Shown one piece after another: positions 1 to 8,769 of a stretch of DNA of 64,000 nucleotides. The notes below the pieces were generated by a model. That model saw nothing but the letters and a program-made list of their open reading frames with translations, searched no databases and was not told the DNA's origin. Origin of the DNA: an uncultured Opitutia bacterium. GTDB lineage: Bacteria; Verrucomicrobiota; Verrucomicrobiia; Opitutales; CAJWYM01. The translations under genes and the position numbers were made by a program. The stretch is taken from positions 5,797 through 69,796 of the forward strand of contig CAJWYM010000003.1 in assembly GCA_913049555.1 (NCBI GenBank), read 5' to 3'. Numbering within the stretch: position 1 is the stretch's first letter; each line of letters begins with the position of its first letter.

Positions 1-8
1 AAGCTCAA

Positions 9-1043
9 ATGGTTGAAGAGAAAGGGGTAGGAGAACTTATCTTCACTGGCTTTTTTAATATCAAGACTTCCGATAAACAACAGGCCCTGGACAAGGCAAA
101 GCTAAATGCTCTACAACGTTATGTGGGTAAGTTTCCCTCGTCCAAGCAGTCAGAATATGGAAAAGTCAGATCGATTGTTGAATCGAATGTGGGTAGCTAT
201 GTTCCTTCTGCTGTTGTGTTGGATGAGGAAAAAGATAAGAAAGCAAAAACATACAGGGTAGTCGTACGTGCATCCATTGATGCTGGCAGAATAGACCAAG
301 AAATTCAAAAGGTTTCCGCTGTAAGCAATGTATCTAGGGGTGAAAAGTCTCGAATTATTCTCATTTTTATGGCTCGTGAGGCTTCTGAAACAACTACTTA
401 CGGTATTGAGAAACAATCACAGGCCAATCAAAGTAAAGAGGAAATTGCGATTGAAGAACAATCAGTTGCTGGAGGAACTGTTGCCTATTCTGGTGAGTCG
501 GAATCTTCTCAATCTACAATGGAACGATCTAAAAATGTCAAACGTTCTGATAAAATAAATTATCGAGTTTATAGTGCAGAGGGTATTAATAACACAATGA
601 GTCAGATTTTTACTGACGCTGGTTACCGTGTTACTGGAACTGCATCTGTTGAAAAGAGAAGTCAACTAAAAGGTGTTGATTTCGCTGTGCAGTATTACAC
701 GGACGAATTCTCATCAGGGAATGATATTAGTAGTGATACAATATTTGCAACTGTTGAAGCTTGTGATGTAAACAGGGTGAAATATTTTGCCTATGGAAGT
801 ATCACCGTGGGAGAACAAAGAACGGATCCCTCAAGTGGATTGGATGAAGTCTCTGTATTTGTTAATGGCAAAGTATACATGATTGATGATGGATTTGAAG
901 AGGTCGTGGCCAGTGTTGGTCCAGTTAATTACTCAGCCGTTGGCCCCTCTGTAATGGATGCAAAAGCAAATGCGCTGAAATTGGCAGGTAAAGAAGCTTC
1001 TGAGTCGCTTACTAGCCAGCTTAGAGCAAAAAATTTATATTAA
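9..1043 (+). CDS. Envelope-associated hypothetical protein with LPP20/FlgT-N-like segments; probably 5'-truncated by the window edge
   Basis: 344-aa ORF. The frame stays open back to base 3 and the N-terminus has no signal peptide, so the gene probably starts upstream of the window. Segments GELIFTGFFNIKTSDKQQALDKAKLNALQRYVGKF...YRVVVRASIDAGRI and C-terminal SVMDAKANALKLAGKEASESL resemble the A-x3-A helices of LPP20/FlgP/FlgT-N type lipoprotein domains (pattern recognition only). Confidence 0.45.
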   Translation: MVEEKGVGELIFTGFFNIKTSDKQQALDKAKLNALQRYVGKFPSSKQSEYGKVRSIVESNVGSYVPSAVVLDEEKDKKAKTYRVVVRASIDAGRIDQEIQKVSAVSNVSRGEKSRIILIFMAREASETTTYGIEKQSQANQSKEEIAIEEQSVAGGTVAYSGESESSQSTMERSKNVKRSDKINYRVYSAEGINNTMSQIFTDAGYRVTGTASVEKRSQLKGVDFAVQYYTDEFSSGNDISSDTIFATVEACDVNRVKYFAYGSITVGEQRTDPSSGLDEVSVFVNGKVYMIDDGFEEVVASVGPVNYSAVGPSVMDAKANALKLAGKEASESLTSQLRAKNLY

Positions 1044-1083
1044 TTTGTTAGATACTCACCACTTAACCCAAAATGAAAATTGT

Positions 1084-1764
1084 ATGAATATACTAAAGAA
1101 AATAGCACTCACCACATTATTATTAGCACTGCCAAGTCTTCTTATGGGCTTTGGGCTTCCTAAAGTCCCTGGGCTCGGAAAGAAAGAGGCTGCAGCAGCA
1201 GCTGGTGTAGATACATCCGCATTACAGGGAGACTTGATTACTAAGTTTATTGCTGCACAAGCAGAGATTAATGCAGCACAAACACACTTAGCGGAAGCTT
1301 TGGGAATTAAAGGAAAAGTAGCTGACCTCAAGGCGCAGCAGCAGAAACTTGAGTCTGGCGAAGAATTATCCAAAGATGAACTGAAGAAGGTTAAGAAAAA
1401 CTCAGACGAGGCAAACAAACTCATTCGTAAAAAAATGAAAGAGGGAGTTGAACTTTCTGCGGAATCAAAAAAAGAATTGGTAAAGGCTGCTCCACGTATT
1501 GCTTTGGGAGGTTATCTTACTAAAGAATTAGTTCCTGCTGCTGCGGATTTTGTAAAGAATTCAGGTGATGAAATCAAATCAGCAGGATTCTCTGGAGCAA
1601 TGAAGGTTAAAAATAAACTCTCCGAAGGCTTGTATCTCGCACCTAAAGTTCCAGGGCACCTCAAGGATGTGCTGATGACTGCTAAAGATGTATTTGCTTT
1701 TATGAAAAGTAATAAAATCGAAGTTCCAAAAGAAGCTACCAGTAAACTTCCTGACGATATTTAA
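1084..1764 (+). CDS. Secreted helical hypothetical protein; paralog of the C-terminal half of the 8770-10095 product
   Basis: The ATG at 1084 gives a signal peptide, MNILKKIALTTLLLALPSLLMGFG; the track start at 1045 is a TTG. It aligns clearly with residues ~265-441 of the 8770-10095 protein (LITKFIAAQAEINAAQTHLAEALG/IVKEYVNAQKKINESQLHFAVALG; DLKAQQQKLESGEELSKDE/DLKGQQLVLNSGKELSSDE; C-termini KSNKIEVPKE/KANDIKVPEN). Confidence 0.7.
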   Translation: MNILKKIALTTLLLALPSLLMGFGLPKVPGLGKKEAAAAAGVDTSALQGDLITKFIAAQAEINAAQTHLAEALGIKGKVADLKAQQQKLESGEELSKDELKKVKKNSDEANKLIRKKMKEGVELSAESKKELVKAAPRIALGGYLTKELVPAAADFVKNSGDEIKSAGFSGAMKVKNKLSEGLYLAPKVPGHLKDVLMTAKDVFAFMKSNKIEVPKEATSKLPDDI

Positions 1765-1782
1765 GAATATCACAACAATATA

Positions 1783-1818
1783 ATAGAGGCACAGCTACCT
1801 CAACAGCTGTGCCTCTAT
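1783..1818 (+). terminator. Hairpin downstream of the 1084-1764 gene (possible intrinsic terminator)
   Basis: atagaggcacagct-acctcaac-agctgtgcctctat forms a 14-bp perfect stem. The downstream T tract is weak (taaacagtttt). Confidence 0.45.
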
Positions 1819-1834
1819 TAAACAGTTTTCCATT

Positions 1835-3130
1835 ATGACTCATTTATTAATAAAATCTCTTATAATTATTTGCATAAGTATATTCTCACATTCTATTTAT
1901 GCCAATATAGAGTACAAAGAAGTACAAGTAAAAGGTGCTGGTGCAAGCTTACAAGAAGCAATCAATAATGGTCTCGTTGAAGCCATCGGTAGAGTAAATG
2001 GTAAAAGCATTGATGCAAAGAATCAATTAAATCAGCTAAGCCAGACAACTCGAGTTAATGATGAGAAAAGTAGATTTTCTCAAAAAGAAATTCAAAAAGC
2101 TTACAAGGAGGCCACCAAAGGTGTAGTAGCATCATATGATGTTTTATCCGAGCAACAAATTGATAATGGAAGAAGATGGCAAGTTATCGTTAAGGCAAAG
2201 ATTGCTAAATATAAGAGAGCTGCAAATAGCAATCGTAAGCGACTCGCAGTTATACCTTTTAGAGTAAGTGATCAGAGCTTTTTAATAAATAGCCAACCAG
2301 TTAACAAAGAGCAAGTGAATCGTATTCTTGGACAAAATATGGTTAGTCAATTAGTCCAATCAAGACGTTTTACTGTATTGGACAGAGAATACATTCAAGA
2401 GGTCACTGGAGAAAAAAATATTATTCTTTCAGGAAATACTCCAATGGAAGAAATGGTTAAGCTTGGAGAAGAGCTAGTCGCAGACTACATTGTCGTCGGA
2501 ACTCTGGAGAACATTGGCTTTTCTGAAAATGAAATCCATATGAGTATGACCAATAGAACGATTAAGACATATCAAGGAAATGTGGAACTTAGTTATAGAA
2601 TTATTGATGTACCGACCAAACAAATCAAATTTTCTGACTTTGCTCGATTTACTCTCACTCCTGACGACTTTAGCAAAGTAGATCAAGGAATGAATCTAGA
2701 AAATGCTGAAAGTGCAATTTGCATAATTGCTGCTGATAAAATTAGTAAAAAGATCCTGAATGCCATTTACCCAATGTTGGTTGTTTCAGTCCGTGGAAAT
2801 AGTGTAACTTTAAATCAGGGTGGTGAGATGCTTAAGAATGGTGATCGATATGAGGTCTTTCAATATGGAGAGCGTATGTATGATCCTTACACAAAAGAAA
2901 GTATTGGTAGAGAGGAACAATACATAGGTGAAATTGAAATAACACGTGTTAACCCAAAGAGCTCTCAAGCACGAATCATTAATGCAGACATTGAATTCTC
3001 TCAAGTATTTGCACCTAAAAAGCTTGTCTGTCGACTAAAAGAAGAGGCCGCTTCTCCTGCAAAAAAGAAGATTGAGGACATGAGAAAACGATTTGAAGAG
3101 AAAAAGAAAAAAAGAGATGAAGAATGGTAA
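1835..3130 (+). CDS. Secreted protein/lipoprotein with an N-terminal LPP20/FlgP-like domain and a central CsgG/LpoB/FlgO-type module
   Basis: Signal peptide MTHLLIKSLIIICISIFSHSIYA. EVQVKGAGASLQEAINNGLVEAIGRVNGKSI is LPP20-like. RKRLAVIPFRVSD...ILGQNMVSQLVQSRRFTVLDREYIQEVTGEKNIILSG...LGEELVADYIVVGTLENIGF matches the characteristic CsgG/LpoB-family pattern. The C-terminal segment is MLVVSVRGNSVTLNQGGEMLKNGDRYEVF...IGEIEITRVNPKSSQARI. Confidence 0.6.
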   Translation: MTHLLIKSLIIICISIFSHSIYANIEYKEVQVKGAGASLQEAINNGLVEAIGRVNGKSIDAKNQLNQLSQTTRVNDEKSRFSQKEIQKAYKEATKGVVASYDVLSEQQIDNGRRWQVIVKAKIAKYKRAANSNRKRLAVIPFRVSDQSFLINSQPVNKEQVNRILGQNMVSQLVQSRRFTVLDREYIQEVTGEKNIILSGNTPMEEMVKLGEELVADYIVVGTLENIGFSENEIHMSMTNRTIKTYQGNVELSYRIIDVPTKQIKFSDFARFTLTPDDFSKVDQGMNLENAESAICIIAADKISKKILNAIYPMLVVSVRGNSVTLNQGGEMLKNGDRYEVFQYGERMYDPYTKESIGREEQYIGEIEITRVNPKSSQARIINADIEFSQVFAPKKLVCRLKEEAASPAKKKIEDMRKRFEEKKKKRDEEW

Positions 3131-3149
3131 TAAAAAAATAAGATTATAT

Positions 3150-4862
3150 ATGAACAAACAATTAAAGAAATATACAACAATTCTATTCTTGAGTGCTACA
3201 TTTGCTTTCGCTCAGGATTATAATTCAAATCAATCGCAAGTTGATGATAAAGGAGCTGAAGCTGTTCAAGCTGCTCAAGATTCACCAATCCAAGCACCAA
3301 AAGTTAAAATTGAGAGTTCAAGTAGAGTATTAAAAAATTATTTAAAAGATAGGCTGAAAATACAAATAAGAGGATATGATTCTAAGAAGAACAGAATCGT
3401 AGTCATTGGTTCTGCAGGAGAAAACTTGACACCATCGCAAATGCAAGGAGAGAGTTTTGTTGATTTACGATCTATGCTAGCAGTCGAAGCTCAACTTAAA
3501 GCGAAAGCACAAATTATTGAGTCCATTATGTCTAAGATGTCTGCTTCGCAAATCTTAGATATGCCAGGTAACCCAATTGCAAAACAATTAGGAGATAGAA
3601 AAAAAGCTCTAGAAGCTAAAATAAAAGCAGCTGATGATAACGTTAGAGCTTTAAGAGGACTCATCGCTCAAAGCCAAGGTGCTTTGGATGAAGCCATAAT
3701 TAACGAACTTAATGGTATTACAGTTGGTGATAGGTTTGGAGCTCTTATGGACGCAATTATAACTAAGGTAGACGAGTCTTATAACAAACAAGATATTACT
3801 GATGAAAAGAAAGCAAAAATCGAAAATATAAGAAACTCACTTCATGAGACTAGGTCATTATATGCAGCTGCAGAAAAAGAAAAAGCTGAAGTGAATCAAG
3901 AAGCAGAAAAAATTCATGGGAAACTTAAAAAGTCTGTTAAAAGTAGTGTTGAAAAAATGGCAGAGATGCCGATTTTTGGAGCCGTTGTTCTTGCTACAAC
4001 AGAATCTTATAATAACAAGATATATGAAGTGAGTGTGGCGACTGCTTGGAGCTCTAAGCTTGAAAAAGCCTCTAGAAGTATTCTACTTGGTAAAAAGGAG
4101 AATTTAAATCCAAAACCTAACAAAAAGTCTTTTGATGAATGGGTAAACTCGATAGATTTATCTACTACTTTCGGGACTCGCCAATACTTGGCAAATGATG
4201 GTAAACGATATTATGTTGGTATAGTAGCAACAGGCTATGATATTGATGATTATGATTCTTTAGATGAAGCACGAGATTTCTCAGACTTATTTGCAGAGCA
4301 AGAATGTGTTCTAAGTTTATACTCTGAGATGAAATCCTATAAAAATGTTGAGAAAATAGCCAGAAATGTTGAAAAATCTGATGGAACGACTGAAACAGAA
4401 GTATTAAAGAGTATCGCTAAGAATATGCGATCTGAAGTAAAGGATCTATCTATCTCTGGACTCTCAATTGTTCGATCCGAAGACGAAGTGATTCACCCTA
4501 TATCGGGTAAAACAATGTATGTTTCAGTAGCTGCAATTGACAGTGATCTTGCTGCAAAATCTCAAGAATTCATGACTGAATCATACGCAACTCTAAAAGA
4601 GCTCAACTATGACCAAAGTTACAAAGAGGGTTTGTACTCAGGGATGAAAGATGAAGCTGATGCATCAAAGAATGATCCAAATGCATACTCAAAAGGCTAT
4701 GGAGAAGGCAGGCAAGGTGTAAGTGATTCATACAATAATAGGCAAGAGGAACCAGGTGCTGTAAAGATGAAAAATCTTGGATCTAACTCTGGTGTTCAAA
4801 GTGGTGCTGGTGTCCAAACTGGATCTTTCGTTGGTGGTGCAGACGTAGATGATGATTTTTAA
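3150..4862 (+). CDS. Secreted coiled-coil hypothetical protein with LPP20-like segments
   Basis: The ATG at 3150 gives a signal peptide, MNKQLKKYTTILFLSATFAFAQ; the track ORF start at 3093 overlaps the upstream gene. The protein has long Ala/Lys/Glu-rich helical regions, segments such as RSMLAVEAQLKAKAQIIESI, and an acidic C-terminus GGADVDDDF. Confidence 0.6.
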   Translation: MNKQLKKYTTILFLSATFAFAQDYNSNQSQVDDKGAEAVQAAQDSPIQAPKVKIESSSRVLKNYLKDRLKIQIRGYDSKKNRIVVIGSAGENLTPSQMQGESFVDLRSMLAVEAQLKAKAQIIESIMSKMSASQILDMPGNPIAKQLGDRKKALEAKIKAADDNVRALRGLIAQSQGALDEAIINELNGITVGDRFGALMDAIITKVDESYNKQDITDEKKAKIENIRNSLHETRSLYAAAEKEKAEVNQEAEKIHGKLKKSVKSSVEKMAEMPIFGAVVLATTESYNNKIYEVSVATAWSSKLEKASRSILLGKKENLNPKPNKKSFDEWVNSIDLSTTFGTRQYLANDGKRYYVGIVATGYDIDDYDSLDEARDFSDLFAEQECVLSLYSEMKSYKNVEKIARNVEKSDGTTETEVLKSIAKNMRSEVKDLSISGLSIVRSEDEVIHPISGKTMYVSVAAIDSDLAAKSQEFMTESYATLKELNYDQSYKEGLYSGMKDEADASKNDPNAYSKGYGEGRQGVSDSYNNRQEEPGAVKMKNLGSNSGVQSGAGVQTGSFVGGADVDDDF

Positions 4863-6183
4863 TCTACAGAGATTTGTAGTTTTAATTATAATTTTACAAA
4901 CCGTTCTCTCCGCTAGTTCTGAGAAGCGATTTAATAAATTAGACTTTTTTGCTAAAGAAGAGAAAGAAATCTTTTCAAATGAAGTTTCAATTTTTGAGAC
5001 CTTTGTTTTTTTTCGATATAAAAGTGTTGGGAGAGATGATTCTGACGATGCAGAAGCAGACGGTATCTTCTTTATTCAAGATTTGATTACGAATTACATT
5101 AAAAAAAAATCGAATTCAGAAAGTAAAGATAGTAAAAAAAATTTTCTCTCTAGTGTATACGAATCATTACATGGTAAAATAGAAGTTTATCAATTTAACG
5201 ATTTACCTACCTTTGTCCCGTTTCAGGGTACAAGAGGAGATTCTTATTATTATATTGTCGGAGTTGAACGTTCAGTGATTGATTTGATGGTGTATTCAAA
5301 TCTAAGTACAGATGATGACATATTATTAGATACGCTATCAAAAGACAAAAGAGATGCAGATAATCTTAGGCTTTTCTACTATTCTATCGGTGCAATTGAT
5401 CAGTCTATTGCTGTGGAAAATGCTATGATATTGAGTGAAAGTCATGAATTTGTAAATTTTCAAAAAGTAGAGATAACATTATCACCTGAATATTATAACA
5501 ATCTAAAAGAATTCGAATTAGGTAAAAGGATAATATCACCAAATAGTTTCACAGCACATCCTTTTAAATTTAATAAGTTAGCTCATCAAAAATTTTCAAA
5601 GAATAACTTTTCTGGGTATATAAATGCCAAGATACTAAGCTTACCATCTAATAAGGATTTTATTCACTTCCAAGAATTCTTAGATAAAATTAAATATAAA
5701 CCTCTAATTGATTATGTAAGGGTACTAAAGGAGACTAAACTTATTGATTTTGAATCTACTGCCAACGATTATTTAAAGTTTGTTTTAAAGAGCTATGGAT
5801 ACGCTAATTTTAAGAATGATGGCAATAAGCGAGATTTGAATTATTTCAAAAAGGCAGAGTCTTTGTTTCAAAGACAAGCTCCAATAGCTGAAATTCGAGG
5901 TGCATTACAAAAATCAATCAATCATCATGTAAATCATAGTGAGACTTGGAATTTGTTAGGAGTTACCTTTCGTATTGAAGAGAGATACTGGGCAGCAGTT
6001 TCTAGCTTTAGGCAATCATTGAGGTTAGATCCAGAAAATCCATTTCCTATGGCTAATCTTGCCATAGCATATAAGAATTTAGGCTATAAAAGTGTAAGTG
6101 AACCTATGGCATTATCTGCAATTTTAAATTCTGAAAAAGGCTCTTGGCCATATAAAACAGGGGTTCAAATACTAGGTCTTTAA
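4849..6183 (+). CDS. Hypothetical protein with C-terminal TPR repeats
   Basis: 444-aa ORF overlapping the upstream gene by 14 nt. It has a hydrophobic N-terminus (FVVLIIILQTVLSAS). The C-terminal sequence WNLLGVTFRIEERYWAAVSSFRQSLRLDPENPFPMANLAIAYKNLGY is a typical TPR signature. Confidence 0.6.
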   Translation: MMIFNLQRFVVLIIILQTVLSASSEKRFNKLDFFAKEEKEIFSNEVSIFETFVFFRYKSVGRDDSDDAEADGIFFIQDLITNYIKKKSNSESKDSKKNFLSSVYESLHGKIEVYQFNDLPTFVPFQGTRGDSYYYIVGVERSVIDLMVYSNLSTDDDILLDTLSKDKRDADNLRLFYYSIGAIDQSIAVENAMILSESHEFVNFQKVEITLSPEYYNNLKEFELGKRIISPNSFTAHPFKFNKLAHQKFSKNNFSGYINAKILSLPSNKDFIHFQEFLDKIKYKPLIDYVRVLKETKLIDFESTANDYLKFVLKSYGYANFKNDGNKRDLNYFKKAESLFQRQAPIAEIRGALQKSINHHVNHSETWNLLGVTFRIEERYWAAVSSFRQSLRLDPENPFPMANLAIAYKNLGYKSVSEPMALSAILNSEKGSWPYKTGVQILGL

Positions 6184-6196
6184 ATAAATCAATACA

Positions 6197-6466
6197 ATGG
6201 AATATAGTTACTATATAGACGTATTCAATAATTCTGAGTTGGCATTCATGCAATGGGTATATCTCTCAATTATATTACTACTTATACTTACAGTTATTTG
6301 TATTTGCCTCGCCTACAGTAGAATTTCGCCGAGGAAGAAAGTGGTTTATTCTGCTGGGTTTTCCATTGTTGGCTTATTGCTAGGAGGAATTCTTGGTTTC
6401 TTTGTTTGCATAACTTTGAACATTCTAACTTTTGGGGTGGCTAATGAATTTAGACCAACCGAATAA
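6197..6466 (+). CDS. Small integral membrane protein (2 predicted TM helices)
   Basis: 89-aa ORF with two hydrophobic stretches (WVYLSIILLLILTVICICLAY; FSIVGLLLGGILGFFVCITLNIL). Confidence 0.5.
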   Translation: MEYSYYIDVFNNSELAFMQWVYLSIILLLILTVICICLAYSRISPRKKVVYSAGFSIVGLLLGGILGFFVCITLNILTFGVANEFRPTE

Positions 6467-6483
6467 ACTAAAAAATAATAAAT

Positions 6484-6918
6484 ATGGATCAAATATTAGA
6501 AAAATATATGCCTCTCGCTGAGGGTGAAGAAATAATAAGTCAAATTGAGGGAGATGCTTATAATACATCTTCAAATGTAATTATGAGATTCATTGCAATT
6601 TTCATGAGAATCATAGCTATAATAACTGGGAGCACCTAGAAAGTGCATGTTTATGTAACTAATTATAGAGTTATAACTGTGGAAATTGGAAAGTTTTTGT
6701 GGTTCTTTGATGCTAGCATAAACGCAAGATTATACACTCCAAGATCTGTGAGTCAGATGGGATACTCATTGAGCAGAGACCTTCTAATATTTAAGACTCA
6801 CTATCTTGAGTTTTCTTCTTCCAGCATTAATTACATGGTAAAATCCAAAAATGGAAAAGATAAAGTGTATGAAATGATAAATGCACTCTTATCCCTTGCA
6901 GAACTAATTCGCAAGTAA
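6484..6918 (+). pseudogene. Single reading frame interrupted by an in-frame TAG (6637-6639); small membrane-anchored, possibly PH-like protein
   Basis: The ATG at 6484 opens MDQILEKYMPLAEGEEIISQIEGDAYNTSSNVIMRFIAIFMRIIAIITGST, then TAG. The same frame continues KVHVYVTNYRVITVEIG...LAELIRK to 6918. The track ORF 6643-6918 starts at a GTG two codons after the TAG. Confidence 0.4.
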
Positions 6919-6932
6919 TTCCAAATGTAAGC

Positions 6933-6964
6933 AAAAGGAGGTATTTATTGTTATGCCTCCTTTA
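6933..6964 (+). terminator. Hairpin after the 6484-6918 frame (possible terminator)
   Basis: aaaaggagg-tatttattgttatg-cctcctttt-like stem (aaaggagg/cctccttt) immediately downstream of the stop at 6918. Confidence 0.35.
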
Positions 6965-6975
6965 ACCAAATCCTA

Positions 6976-7233
6976 ATGAAACTCTTATTATTCTTGATGT
7001 TATCACTGTTAGTAGGTTTAGCAGAATTATATTACAATCTATTAGGGATGCCAATAGTCGGAATTATTCTTATAGGGATTGTTGGATTTATCATAGGTTT
7101 AAAAATGCTTAGCACCTTACTTAAAGCATTCCTTGTTATGGTTATTATTGTAATTATCACACTGGCTGCATTTTATTATATGAATCCTGAAGGCTTTAAT
7201 GTAATATTAGATCAAGTGACACATACAGACTGA
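6976..7233 (+). CDS. Small integral membrane protein (3 predicted TM helices)
   Basis: 85-aa ORF that is almost entirely hydrophobic (LLLFLMLSLLVGLAELYY; IVGIILIGIVGFIIGL; FLVMVIIVIITLAAFYY). Confidence 0.5.
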   Translation: MKLLLFLMLSLLVGLAELYYNLLGMPIVGIILIGIVGFIIGLKMLSTLLKAFLVMVIIVIITLAAFYYMNPEGFNVILDQVTHTD

Positions 7234-7303
7234 GGAGCAGTGAAAAGAGCGCTTTATCAATTAAAACTTTATTCGAACTGCTAGAACAACTTTGATTACA
7301 CAT

Positions 7304-7687
7304 ATGAAATTCCTAAATACTGCCCTCATTTCTTTCATGATATTACTTATGACATCCTGCACGACAGTGCAACCTCGATATCAGGGATCGATTACTGATT
7401 TTACAGGTAACCGAACATTCTCTGGTGTTGGGTTTGATTCAATTTTTGAGATTACCAAAAAAGCTTATCGCTCGAGTCGATTTATGATTACGGATGATAA
7501 TTACGCGGGAAAATATTTGATTGCAAAGAAGAAAACAGAAGGGGGTTATGTGACCTCCACAGCTTACTTTTATGAGCTCAATGGTCAGGTAAAGATCTCA
7601 TTAAGCACGCAAGTGCCACGAATAAATGTAAATGCAGCTAAAGTGCACGAAGAAATTTTCAAGCGTATCGAGCAGAATCTTTATTAG
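7304..7687 (+). CDS. Lipoprotein, function unknown
   Basis: The ATG at 7304 gives MKFLNTALISFMILLMTSC, with a lipobox-like LMTSC cysteine. Confidence 0.6.
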   Translation: MKFLNTALISFMILLMTSCTTVQPRYQGSITDFTGNRTFSGVGFDSIFEITKKAYRSSRFMITDDNYAGKYLIAKKKTEGGYVTSTAYFYELNGQVKISLSTQVPRINVNAAKVHEEIFKRIEQNLY

Positions 7688-7713
7688 GAATTTCTCGAAG
7701 ATCCAAGGTAGTT

Positions 7714-8745
7714 ATGTCCCAAAGATACAGGCTCGGATTTCAAAAATTCCTTCTACTAATTGCTTGGGTATATTTCATTCATGGTGATGCACATGGTGAA
7801 GAAACCCAGGGGCATGTTATCTTACTGTGCTTTCAGTGACAGGTAGCATTTCTACAAGAAGGCAAAACAATAACTGTTAGCGAAAGTAGTCAATATGAGT
7901 CAAAGACAAAGATGGTTTCTCAAATAAGTAAAAGCAATGTCAGTTCAATCTCTCATTATGCTGAAATAGCGGATAGAAAAATAATGGTAGTATCGCCTTT
8001 TCACCTTGGCGGATCGGTTGCAAATCTCGCTACTGACTTTCAACATGAGGTTACATCCAATTTGGTACAAAGCAGAAAATTTCATATCTATGATGGTTCT
8101 TTGATCGGTGAAATAGCGGCCCACAATGAAAATGTTACTGCTATGGCTATGCAAGCAGATGAGGTGATTGCTGACTATACCATGTTAGGGAGTATCGATA
8201 CATTCAGTCGCCAACAGAATACAATTGCTATGAGAACTACAGGCAGGGAAATAACTCAGGAATCTGTATCTATTTCTTACCGCATCATTCATTTCCCAAT
8301 AAGAAGAATTCTGCATTCCAGTTTTTACAATGATAACCTAACTCAAGCAGATTTTGACACCAAAGTCTTTACGGATGGAATGGTAATTGAAAAGGTTGGA
8401 CTGGACTTGTGTAGTGAAATATTAAATCTATTTTATCCAATAACGATTGTTTCGCTGAGAGGAGATAAGGCTGCGTTAAATATGGGAAAGGACCTTATCG
8501 AAAAAGGAAGTAATTACGATGTCTTTATTGTCACAGATGCAATTCGAGATACTTAAATAGGAGAATCATTGGGAGGTGTTGAGGATTTGATTGGTAAAAT
8601 CGGTATTGATCGGGTAAACCCTAAGTTTTCAATCGGAACTTTTATAGAAGATACGGCTTATAGCATGGATCCAGAGGAAGTGCTGTTGTTGTGCAGACTT
8701 TCCTTAGAAAAGTCTGCACAAATTAAAATTAACACAAAAAAATAA
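7714..8745 (+). pseudogene. Decayed paralog of the 1835-3130 CsgG/LpoB-type gene, with in-frame TGA (7837-7839) and TAA (8554-8556)
   Basis: One frame reads a signal-peptide-like start (MSQRYRLGFQKFLLLIAWVYFIHGDAHG), then TGA, then the track ORF 7912-8556 (KIMVVSPFHLGG...NLVQSRKFHIYDGSLIGEI...ADEVIADYTMLGSIDTF), then TAA, then IGESLGGVEDLIGKIGIDRVNPKFSIG...LLLCRLSLE. The part after the TAA aligns colinearly with the paralog (ESIGREEQYIGEIEITRVNPKSSQA...LVCRLKEE). The TAA aligns with a Tyr codon position of the paralog. Confidence 0.55.
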
Positions 8746-8769
8746 AACTTAAGAAAAAGAAAAAAGACG

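Noticed and set aside
6637-8556. In-frame TAG, TGA and TAA read as programmed recoding (pyrrolysine, selenocysteine or an alternative genetic code)
   Set aside because: All three stop types are affected, and all three also terminate the neighbouring normal genes. No SECIS-like hairpin or pyl/sel genes were seen. Nonsense decay or sequence error is the simpler explanation.
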